From the NCBI GenBank assembly GCA_965202805.1, contig OZ241869.1, positions 3,616,001 to 3,680,000 on the forward strand: a DNA stretch of 64,000 bases, given 5' to 3'. Shown here in pieces: positions 29,250 through 37,599 of this stretch. A model generated the notes under the pieces. It was not told the DNA's origin, ran no database searches, and saw only the letters and a program-made list of their open reading frames with translations. Both the position numbers and the translations under genes were made by a program. The stretch comes from Longimicrobiales bacterium. GTDB taxonomy: Bacteria > Gemmatimonadota > Gemmatimonadetes > Longimicrobiales > Gaopeijiaceae. The stretch's first letter is position 1; each line of letters begins with the position of its first letter.

Positions 29250-29600
29250 ATGGCCGATCTGCTGCAGGAACTCGACAGGGAGCATGTGCGCACCGACCTT
29301 CCGGACTTCGGCGCGGGCGACACGGTACGCGTGCGCTACCGGGTTCGGGAGGGCCGCAAGGAGCGCATCCAGGTTTTCGAGGGCGTGTGCCTTGCCCGGC
29401 GCGGCGGGGGCATGGGCGAGACCTTCACCGTGCGCAAGATCTCCGGGGGTATCGGAGTGGAGCGCATCTTCCCCTACCTGTCGCCCTGGATCGAGGGCAT
29501 CGAAATCGTGCGGCGGGGGCGCGTGCGTCGGGCGAAGCTCTACTACTTGCGCGGCTTGCGGGGCAAAGCGGCGCGCATTCCAGAGAAGCGCACCCGCTGA
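29250..29600 (+). CDS. rplS: 50S ribosomal protein L19
   Basis: [56 protein letters not shown]. Confidence 0.98.
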   Translation: MADLLQELDREHVRTDLPDFGAGDTVRVRYRVREGRKERIQVFEGVCLARRGGGMGETFTVRKISGGIGVERIFPYLSPWIEGIEIVRRGRVRRAKLYYLRGLRGKAARIPEKRTR

Positions 29601-29613
29601 CGCCACGCCGGCG

Positions 29614-30288
29614 ATGACGCCGGAACAGAACGTTGATTCGGGGCTCCGGATCCCGCTCGGCTACGAGCGCGGGTTCTGGAGCCGCGGTCTTTTCGGGGTC
29701 GCGGGCGTGGACGAAGCGGGCCGGGGGCCGCTGGCGGGGCCGGTGATGGCCGCTGCCGTGGTGTTGCCCCGGGGCGTCGGCGTGGAGGGGGCGGACGACT
29801 CGAAGCGGGTCTCGCGGGAGGAACGCGAGGAGGTGGCGCGGCGCGTTCGCGAGCACGCCGTGGCCGTGGCCGTGGGGGCCGCCTCCGCGCGCGAGATCGA
29901 CGGCATCAACATCCTGCGGGCGACGGCGCGTGCCATGGAGCGGGCGATTCGCCGCCTGCCGAAGCGGCCCGACCACGTCGTAGTGGACGGCCTGCCGGTG
30001 CGCGACCTTCCCTGGGAGCACGATGCGGTGGTGGGCGGCGACGGTCTGGTGCACTCGATCGCCTGCGCCTCCATTGTGGCCAAGGTGTGCCGCGACCGGC
30101 TCATGATCCGCCTCGCGCGCCGATATCCGGAGTACGGATGGGACCGGAACATGGGGTACGGCACGGAGGAACACCGCGCCGCCATCCGGCGTTTCGGCCC
30201 CACCCCGCATCACCGGATGACCTTCGGGCTGGAGCAGCTGGAACTCGGAATGGGGCGAGGGAAGGCAGCGCCGGCCACGTCGGCGTAG
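29614..30288 (+). CDS. rnhB: Ribonuclease HII
   Basis: [39 protein letters not shown]. Confidence 0.95.
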   Translation: MTPEQNVDSGLRIPLGYERGFWSRGLFGVAGVDEAGRGPLAGPVMAAAVVLPRGVGVEGADDSKRVSREEREEVARRVREHAVAVAVGAASAREIDGINILRATARAMERAIRRLPKRPDHVVVDGLPVRDLPWEHDAVVGGDGLVHSIACASIVAKVCRDRLMIRLARRYPEYGWDRNMGYGTEEHRAAIRRFGPTPHHRMTFGLEQLELGMGRGKAAPATSA

Positions 30289-30326
30289 ATGGCTCGGAGG
30301 GCGGGCTGCCATGTATTATTGCGGTC

Positions 30327-30399
30327 GAGCCGGTAGCTCAGCTGGCAGAGCAACGGACTTTTAATCCGTAGGTCGTGGGTTCGAGACCCACCCGGCTCA
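30327..30399 (+). tRNA. tRNA-Lys (anticodon UUU); CCA not encoded
   Basis: Acceptor GAGCCGG/CCGGCTC-A, D arm GCTC/GAGC, anticodon stem ACGGA-CTTTTAA-TCCGT, T arm GTGGG-TTCGAGA-CCCAC; -10-like TATTAT at 30314. Confidence 0.96.
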
Positions 30400-30465
30400 T
30401 GGGAGAAGACGCCGCGCGGAGATGGGGCGCGGCCGGAAGGACAGGTGAAGAAAGGGGGACAGGGG

Positions 30466-31461
30466 ATGGCGATGGCCGCACCCAACCGGAGGAAGAGGAC
30501 CCACCGCGGCGTGTGGGCCGGGCTCGCGGGGCTGCTGCTGACCGGTGTGCTGGGGCTGCTGTTTCTCAGCTTCCGGGAGCCCCCGCTGCCGGAGTTGGCG
30601 CCGGTCGAGGTGAGCTGGGAGCCGGTCGTGCCCGTTCAGGGCCATCTCTTCCTCATCCGCGTGGCGGCGCCGGTCATCGACGGGATGGTGTCGGCCACGG
30701 GAGAGGCCGGCGGCGAGGAGCTGCACTTCCAGCCGGCAGGCCACGTGGTGGAGAGCCCGGCGCCGGTACCGGACGAGGGCGGGGAGACAGCCGCCGACAT
30801 GGTGCTTGTGAGCCTGGCGCCGGTGCCCATCGGGGCCACGGATTCCATCGACGCCTGGGTTACGGCGAGCTACGCCGACGGCCGCACCCGGACCGACTCG
30901 CTGCGCATCGCGATCGTGGGGGGCGAGTACGAGCACGAGCGCCTGACGGTGGCGCCGCGCTTCGGGTCGCCGTTGAACGAGGAGGACCAGGCGCGGCTGC
31001 GGAGCGACCAGGCCAAGGCCAACCAGGTGGCGCGCGAAGCGCACGAGACCCCGCGGCTGTGGGGTCCCGAGGTGGTGCTCCCGCGCGACTCCCGCGTGAC
31101 CAGCGGCTTCGGCACCGGCCGCGAGTACAACGGGCAGATTTCCAGCCGCCACATGGGCCTCGATCTGGCCGGGGCCCCCGGTGACACGGTGCGCGCCCCC
31201 GCCGACGGGGTGGTGGCGCTGGTGGACGGCTTCCTGCTGGCCGGCGACATCGTCTACCTGAACCACGGCGGCGGGTTGCTGACCGGCTACTTCCACCTGA
31301 GCGGGCAACTGGTGGAGGCGGGGGACACGGTCACCGTCGGGACCCCCATCGGGCTGGTCGGAGTCACCGGCCGGGTCACCGGCCCGCACCTGCACTGGGT
31401 GGTGCGGTACGGCACCACCAGCGTCGATCCCCGCAGCCTGCTGGCGCTGTCCGGGAATTGA
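30466..31461 (+). CDS. M23 family metallo-endopeptidase, N-terminally membrane anchored
   Basis: HxxxD (RHMGLD), YFHLS, TGRVTGPHLHW. Confidence 0.92.
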   Translation: MAMAAPNRRKRTHRGVWAGLAGLLLTGVLGLLFLSFREPPLPELAPVEVSWEPVVPVQGHLFLIRVAAPVIDGMVSATGEAGGEELHFQPAGHVVESPAPVPDEGGETAADMVLVSLAPVPIGATDSIDAWVTASYADGRTRTDSLRIAIVGGEYEHERLTVAPRFGSPLNEEDQARLRSDQAKANQVAREAHETPRLWGPEVVLPRDSRVTSGFGTGREYNGQISSRHMGLDLAGAPGDTVRAPADGVVALVDGFLLAGDIVYLNHGGGLLTGYFHLSGQLVEAGDTVTVGTPIGLVGVTGRVTGPHLHWVVRYGTTSVDPRSLLALSGN

Positions 31462-32594
31462 AGCACCCCGACGTCGTCATCGCCGGCGCCGGCATCATGG
31501 GCGCCTCCTGCGCCTGGCACCTGGCCCGCCGCGGCCTGCGCGTGCTGGTGGCCGAGATGGACGTGGCCCCCGCGATGGGCTCCACCGGCAGGAGCGCCGC
31601 CGGTGTGCGCGTGCAGTTCACCACCGCCGCCAACATCGGGCTTTCCATGTACTCCCTGCCCGTGTACAGGGAGTTTCCGGAGCGTCATGGACACGAAGTC
31701 GGCTACCGGGACATCGGCTACCTGCTTCTGGTCCCGCACGACAAGTGGGAGCGGCACCTGGAGTCGGTCGCGCTGCAGGAGAGCCTGGGCGCCCCCGTGG
31801 AGGTGGTCGATCCGGTCGAGGCCCAGCGCTACGTGGACTTCGACACGGAGGGGCTGGCGGGCACGACCTACGGGCCGTGGGACGGGGTGATCGACCCGCA
31901 CATGGCCACCCACGCCTGGGTGGCGATGGGCCGGGAGCTGGGGGTGCGCTACCGGTTCTCCTCCCCCGTGACCGGGGTGCGGGCGGAAGGGACGGGGTGG
32001 AGGGTCGAGTGCGGCGGGGAAGTCTTCTCGTGCGCGCACTTCGTGAACGCCGCGGGCGCCTGGTCGGGCACTGTTGCGGGGCTTGCCGGGCTGAACCTCC
32101 CCGTGGGACCGAAGCGCATCAACATCTTCCTCAGCGCGCCCGTGCGCGACACCCGCACCTATCCCCTCACCATCGACCTCGCCACCGGTGTTTACCTGCG
32201 CAGCGAAGGCGACCGCGTCCTCTTCGGCCTGGACGACCTCACCCAGGCGTACGGCTTCACCGAGGGCGTGAACTGGGACTGGCTCGAACACGTCTTCCTC
32301 ACGGGCGTCGAGCGCTTTCCCTGGTGGGAGGACCTCGGGGTCGACCGCCGTGGGAGCTGGTGGGGGTACTACGGGGTCACCCCGGACAACAGCCCCATCA
32401 TCGGCTTCAACCCGGGGGCCCGCGGCTGGATCGACGCGTGCGGCTTCTCCGGGCACGGGATCATGCACGCCCCGGCCACCGGGCGCGCGGTGTCGGAACT
32501 CATCGCGGACGGTGAAGCGCACACCGTCGACGTGAGCGCCTTCCGCCATGATCGCTTCGGGGAGGACATCCCCGTCGAAGCCAACATCTTTTGA
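31458..32594 (+). CDS. FAD-dependent oxidoreductase (DAO / sarcosine oxidase beta-like)
   Basis: GAGIMG, GSTGRSAAG, VNAAGAWS, TPDNSPIIG, GFSGHGIM. Confidence 0.92.
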   Translation: MKHPDVVIAGAGIMGASCAWHLARRGLRVLVAEMDVAPAMGSTGRSAAGVRVQFTTAANIGLSMYSLPVYREFPERHGHEVGYRDIGYLLLVPHDKWERHLESVALQESLGAPVEVVDPVEAQRYVDFDTEGLAGTTYGPWDGVIDPHMATHAWVAMGRELGVRYRFSSPVTGVRAEGTGWRVECGGEVFSCAHFVNAAGAWSGTVAGLAGLNLPVGPKRINIFLSAPVRDTRTYPLTIDLATGVYLRSEGDRVLFGLDDLTQAYGFTEGVNWDWLEHVFLTGVERFPWWEDLGVDRRGSWWGYYGVTPDNSPIIGFNPGARGWIDACGFSGHGIMHAPATGRAVSELIADGEAHTVDVSAFRHDRFGEDIPVEANIF

Positions 32595-32683
32595 GGGATG
32601 GCGAGCAGCCACCTTTTGGGTGCCGGGACGCGGCCCTACATTGCCGGTCGGCGATTCCGCCGCCGCAATCAACGGGAGGAGCA

Positions 32684-33940
32684 GTGAATTCAGTGGCGAG
32701 ATGGCTCCGGAACGCGCTCGCGACCCTTCCGTTCCTGCTGCCCGCAGCGGCCATCGCCCAGGAGGCCGAGGCGGCGCCGGGCACGGGCAGCGTCTTCGGC
32801 CGCATTCTCGACCAGGACACCTTCCAGCCCGTTGCAGGGGTGGTGATCCGCATTACCGTTCCGGACGGGACCCTGCAGGAGATCTCGAGCCCGAACGGCA
32901 CCTTCCTCATCGACGACGTCCCGGTGGGCGAGCGGGTGGTGGTGATGGAGCACATCGCCTACGGCGAGTACGCGCAGCATGTGGGCGTGGAGCAGGGCAG
33001 GGACCTGAGGATCGAGGCGTTCATGTCGGCGCGCGCCATCCAGTTCCAGCCCCTCGTGGTCGAGGCGCTCAGCGAAGTCGAGCGGCGCCGCCTCTCTTCC
33101 GGGTTCAGCGTCAACGAGATCCCGGTGGAGGAAATCGAGCAGGCGGCGCGCACCGGACAGCACCTGGGGGATCTGCTGCGCGGCGGCATGTCCGGCATTC
33201 GCGTGCGTGGCGGCAACAGGGGCGGTGACCGGCTGTGCGTGGAGTATCGGCGCAGCGGAGCGGGGGAGTGCGCCGAGATCGCCGTGTACCTGGACGGGGT
33301 GGCGGTGGCGGATCCCGGGCAGATCTACTCGAGTCTCTCGCTGGACGACATCGACCGGGTCGAGGTCCTCTCGCCCCTGGAGGCAGTGATCCGGTTCGGC
33401 GACCGCGGCGCGCGCGGAGCCCTGCTGGTCGAGTCGCGGCTTCCGAGCCTTCCGGAGCGGCAAAACCCGTTCCGCACGTCTGCCAGGCGAGGCTACGACT
33501 GGTCGCTGGAGGAGGAGTCGCACCCGTCGGCGAAGGTCTTCGGGAGCACGGTTCTGGCCAACGCGCTCGGCGTGGGACTCGGGTATCTGGCGCTGAAGCA
33601 GTGCGTCGGGATCGTCGCCACCGACCATGGCCGGCAGTTCGACACCCAGTGCGGGGCTCTGACCACGATGAGTACCGGCGTGTTCGCGCTGAGCCTGCCC
33701 GGCGCCGTCGGCAGCATGGCGGCGACGCGGTCGGGGAGTACGCGGCGATCGCGCGGCCGGTTCTTTCATGTCGCCATGTCCGGACTGATCTCGACGACCA
33801 TCGGATACGTGATGCTGATGCACGGCGAGGATCCGGAGTATAGCAGCAATGGCCTGCGGATCGGGGGCCTGCTCACGATGACGGTGGGAACGCCGTTGCT
33901 GCTGACCATTTCCGACCGCTTCTTCCGATACAGCCGCTGA
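32684..33940 (+). CDS. Exported protein: carboxypeptidase-regulatory-like domain + TonB plug-like domain + C-terminal TM bundle (no beta-barrel)
   Basis: SD GGAGG + GTG; signal peptide; GRILDQDT..PV.G; VYLDG...DDIDRVEVL..AVIRFG..GARGALLV; about four hydrophobic segments at the C-terminus. Confidence 0.7.
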   Translation: MNSVARWLRNALATLPFLLPAAAIAQEAEAAPGTGSVFGRILDQDTFQPVAGVVIRITVPDGTLQEISSPNGTFLIDDVPVGERVVVMEHIAYGEYAQHVGVEQGRDLRIEAFMSARAIQFQPLVVEALSEVERRRLSSGFSVNEIPVEEIEQAARTGQHLGDLLRGGMSGIRVRGGNRGGDRLCVEYRRSGAGECAEIAVYLDGVAVADPGQIYSSLSLDDIDRVEVLSPLEAVIRFGDRGARGALLVESRLPSLPERQNPFRTSARRGYDWSLEEESHPSAKVFGSTVLANALGVGLGYLALKQCVGIVATDHGRQFDTQCGALTTMSTGVFALSLPGAVGSMAATRSGSTRRSRGRFFHVAMSGLISTTIGYVMLMHGEDPEYSSNGLRIGGLLTMTVGTPLLLTISDRFFRYSR

Positions 33941-33945
33941 GGCCC

Positions 33946-35547
33946 ATGAATCGCTTCTCGATCCGCCGCGCACTCGCCTTCTGGCTGGTCGCCGCCTTCC
34001 TGCCCGCAGGCGCCGGGGCCCAGTCCCTCTCCCTTTCGGACGCCACCATCGCCGACATCAACGCGGCCTTCGACGCGGGCTCGCTCACCTCGGAGGGGCT
34101 GGTCGAACTCTATCTCGCGCGCATCGAGGCGTACGACGCCCGGGGGCCGAGGCTGAACGCCGTCCTGACGCTCAACCCGCAGGCGCTGGAGAGGGCCAGG
34201 GCGCTCGACGAGGAGCGGCGCACCCGGGGCCCGCGTTCGCTCCTTCACGGCATCCCGGTACTTCTCAAGGACAACGTCGACACCGACGACATGCCCACCA
34301 CCGCGGGCTCGCTCCTGCTGAAGGGCTCGATTCCGCCCGACGACGCCTTCATCGTGCGGAAGCTCCGAGAGGCGGGAGCGATCATCCTGGCGAAGGTCAA
34401 CATGAGCGAGTTCGCCTCGGGGGTGCAGCTCAGTTCCGTCGGCGGCCCGATGCGGAACCCGCACGACCTGAACCGCAATCCGTCCGGCTCTTCCGGCGGG
34501 ACCGGCGTGGCCGTCGCCGCCTCCTACGGCCAGCTCGGGATCGGGACCGACACCGGAGGATCCGTGCGCGGCCCCACCTCGGCCAACGGAATCGCCGGGC
34601 TCAAGCCCACCCACGGGCTGCTCAGCCGCGACGGCATCGTGCCCCTCGCGCTTTCGTTCGACACGGCCGGCCCGATGGCGCGTCACGTCTACGACGTCGC
34701 GGCGATGATGAACGTGATGGTCGGCGTGGACCCCGCCGACGAGGCGACGCTGGCCAGCGAGGGCCGCTACGAGGCCGACTACACCGCGTTCCTGGACGAG
34801 GACGCGCTGGACGGCGCCCGCATCGGCGTCGCGCGCGACTTTCTCGGCTACGACGACGAGGTCGACTGGATCATCGAGGCGGGGCTCGACGCCATGCGCG
34901 CCGCCGGGGCGACGGTGGTGGACGTGCGCTACCCGCCGTGGCTGCTCGAAGCCAAGGCTGAGTACTACCAGACCATCCGCTGGCGCGAGTTCAAGCCGCA
35001 GATCGAGGCGTACCTGGCCGACCTGGCGCCCGGATATCCGCGCACGCTCGAAGAGATGGTCGAGCGCGCCAGGAAGATCCTCGCTGCCCCGCCCGAGGGG
35101 GGCGTCCCCAACCCCACCCGCTGGAGTCTCTTCGAGCAGGAGCTGAACACCGGCACGCCCGACGACTACCTGTACAGGGCGATGCACGACCACGGCCTGC
35201 CGCTGGTGCGCGCGAACCTGGAGGGGCTGCTGGACGCGAACGACCTCGACGCCATCGTCTATCCCACCTCGCCGACCCGACCCGGGCAGGCGGGGGTCTA
35301 CCGGGGTTCCTCGTCACCCAACCCCTCGCCGTCCGCGACCAACCTGGCCAACCTGAGCGGGCTCCCCGACCTGATCGTGCCGGCAGGCTATACGAGCAAC
35401 CGGCTGCCCGTCGGCATCTCGTTCTTCGGCCGGCCCTTCAGCGAAGGCCGTCTCTTTGCGCTGGGCTACGCCTTCGAGCAGGCGACCCGCGTGCGCCGCG
35501 ATCCAGTGCATGCTCCGCCGCTGCCGGGGGAGACGATCCGGCGCTAG
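33946..35547 (+). CDS. Amidase-signature family enzyme, exported
   Basis: LHGIPVLLKDN, GSSGG, GTDTGGSVRGP (Lys/Ser/Ser triad); signal peptide. Confidence 0.93.
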   Translation: MNRFSIRRALAFWLVAAFLPAGAGAQSLSLSDATIADINAAFDAGSLTSEGLVELYLARIEAYDARGPRLNAVLTLNPQALERARALDEERRTRGPRSLLHGIPVLLKDNVDTDDMPTTAGSLLLKGSIPPDDAFIVRKLREAGAIILAKVNMSEFASGVQLSSVGGPMRNPHDLNRNPSGSSGGTGVAVAASYGQLGIGTDTGGSVRGPTSANGIAGLKPTHGLLSRDGIVPLALSFDTAGPMARHVYDVAAMMNVMVGVDPADEATLASEGRYEADYTAFLDEDALDGARIGVARDFLGYDDEVDWIIEAGLDAMRAAGATVVDVRYPPWLLEAKAEYYQTIRWREFKPQIEAYLADLAPGYPRTLEEMVERARKILAAPPEGGVPNPTRWSLFEQELNTGTPDDYLYRAMHDHGLPLVRANLEGLLDANDLDAIVYPTSPTRPGQAGVYRGSSSPNPSPSATNLANLSGLPDLIVPAGYTSNRLPVGISFFGRPFSEGRLFALGYAFEQATRVRRDPVHAPPLPGETIRR

Positions 35548-35611
35548 AGGCGTCGCTTCGCTGCCCCGCATCCATCAACCCACCTCACCCGGCCCCCTCA
35601 CGGACCAGACC

Positions 35612-36631
35612 ATGCCCACTGCGCCCGACCGCAAGAAGGTCGCCCGCTGGAACGCCATCCTCAAGCCGTACTGGGGCCCTGACACCGGCGCCAGCGTTCG
35701 ACAGCTGCTCACCTCCGCCATCCCCTTCGCGGTGCTCTGGTATGCCACCCTGCGCAGCCTCGAAGTGGGGTACTGGCTGACCATCCTGCTCGCGATGCCG
35801 ACCGCCGGCTTCATGATGCGGCTCTTCATGATCCAGCACGACTGCGGACATGGGTCGTTCTTTCGCTCGCACGCGGCGCGGCAGTGGGTCGGGCGCTGCA
35901 TCGGCGTCCTGCTCCTGACCCCCTACGACTACTGGAAGCGCACGCACGCCTACCATCACGCCCACTCGGGTGACCTCGATTTCCGCGGCTTCGGAGACAT
36001 CGACACCTTCACGGTGCGCGAGTATCTGTCGTGGCCCTGGTACCGCCGCCTTCGCTACCGGCTGTACCGGCATCCGTTCGTGCTCTTCATCGTGGGGCCC
36101 ATCTTCATCTTTCTCATCAAGCACCGGTTCCCCTGGGATGTGCCGTCGCGATGGAAGCAGGCGTGGCGCTGCGTCTTCTGGACGAACCTGGCGCTGGTGG
36201 CCGTGGTGCTGCTGATGGGCGAGACGATCGGGTACGGGCGCTTCCTGCTCACCCACGCGCCGGTTCAGTTCTTCGCCACCACGGCCGGCGTCTGGATGTT
36301 CTACGTGCAGCACCAGTTCGAGCAGACGTACTGGGACCGGCACGAAGACTGGGACTACTACGACGCATCGCTCTACGGAAGCTCGTACCTGGTCCTTCCG
36401 GCCCCGCTCCGGTGGCTGTCGGCGAACATCGGCTTCCACCATGTGCACCACATGAGCATGCGCATCCCCAACTACAAGCTGCAGCGGGCGCACGAGGACA
36501 ACGAGGAGTTCCACGTGGTGCGGGAAGTCCGCGTTCGGGACACGCTGAAGCTCATCAACCTGGCGCTGTGGGACGAGGACCGACGCCGCCTGATCAGGTT
36601 CAGGGACCTGAAGGCGCTGCAGCCCGCGTGA
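35612..36631 (+). CDS. Membrane fatty-acid desaturase (Des-like)
   Basis: His boxes HDCGH, HAYHH, HHVHH; YVQHQFE. Confidence 0.93.
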   Translation: MPTAPDRKKVARWNAILKPYWGPDTGASVRQLLTSAIPFAVLWYATLRSLEVGYWLTILLAMPTAGFMMRLFMIQHDCGHGSFFRSHAARQWVGRCIGVLLLTPYDYWKRTHAYHHAHSGDLDFRGFGDIDTFTVREYLSWPWYRRLRYRLYRHPFVLFIVGPIFIFLIKHRFPWDVPSRWKQAWRCVFWTNLALVAVVLLMGETIGYGRFLLTHAPVQFFATTAGVWMFYVQHQFEQTYWDRHEDWDYYDASLYGSSYLVLPAPLRWLSANIGFHHVHHMSMRIPNYKLQRAHEDNEEFHVVREVRVRDTLKLINLALWDEDRRRLIRFRDLKALQPA

Positions 36632-36746
36632 GGTCGGCCCCTCTCAGCGTGTGAGGTCCGCTCATCTCAACGCGCAGGGTCCGCCCTGCCCGGCGCGCGC
36701 CGGCTGCGGCTGAGCGCGCTGCGCTTCCCGGGCCGCGGATGATCGG

Positions 36747-37490
36747 TCAGCTGGAAGAGGAAGCGGCGATGCTGGCCACGACCGCGGCCTGAGTGGCGGC
36801 GACGGCAGCCTGAGATGCCGCGACCGCGGCCCGGACGGCGTGTTGGGTGGCTGCGACGGATGCCGCGGGGTGCCCGGGCGCCAGACCGAACACCTCTCCC
36901 TTCGTAATCGCCTTCAGCCGCGCCTTGCGGGCCTTGAGTTCCTTGCGCTCGAAGTGGATTCTGAGCGATCCCGTGGCGTGGGCCAGGGAGAGGATCACGC
37001 CCAGTCCGGCTTCGATCTCGCCGTCGCCCATGACGGCCTCGCGCAGGCGCGCGATCAGTGCGCGCTCCGGTCCCGGATCGATGGTGGGATAGAGCTTGCG
37101 CCTGAAGACGAGGAGGATCTGCGACTCCTTCGTGCGCAGGATGCCCCGGCAGCAGAGCCCGACTGCGGTCCGCTGCCGGAGACGCTTGAGGTTGCCGAAC
37201 GTCGATACCCAGGCGGACGCACGGCGACGCTTCTTCGAATTGCGAACCCGGTCGAGAGCTTCGGCCATGATCTCGTCCCGGGGACGGCCCGTAACCGGTG
37301 CCGCTTCGACGAACGCCTTCTTGCTCTCCTCGATGCGAACGACCTCGGCGAGCGCGAGCTCGGCGAGGATGGCCCCGCCCATGGCGAGGTTGTAGAAGCC
37401 GGCCCGGTAGTCCACGGTGCCCTTGCGGTCACGCAGGACCAGGAGCAGAAGCTGTTCGTGAAGGTGGAGGTCGTGGCGCGAGGATGGCAT
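36747..37490 (-). CDS. GPP34/GOLPH3-Vps74-like family protein
   Basis: L.L.EQLLLLVL.D..G, GAILAELAL, GIL......L..F....YP pattern; Ala-rich tail. Alternative start 37529. Confidence 0.75.
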   Translation of the reverse strand: MPSSRHDLHLHEQLLLLVLRDRKGTVDYRAGFYNLAMGGAILAELALAEVVRIEESKKAFVEAAPVTGRPRDEIMAEALDRVRNSKKRRRASAWVSTFGNLKRLRQRTAVGLCCRGILRTKESQILLVFRRKLYPTIDPGPERALIARLREAVMGDGEIEAGLGVILSLAHATGSLRIHFERKELKARKARLKAITKGEVFGLAPGHPAASVAATQHAVRAAVAASQAAVAATQAAVVASIAASSSS

Positions 37491-37599
37491 GGCGGGATGT
37501 CCGGGCTGGTGGTCGTCGGATGCGCTCATGGCCAATACTCCGCACTTTGAACGCCTGTTTCGCGATTCTCCACGTCCGCTCACGAAGGAGGGTGCGGCA

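Noticed and set aside
30327..30460. tRNA-Lys as an integration site of an island
   Set aside because: No integrase nearby, and I saw no duplicated tRNA 3' end in the window.
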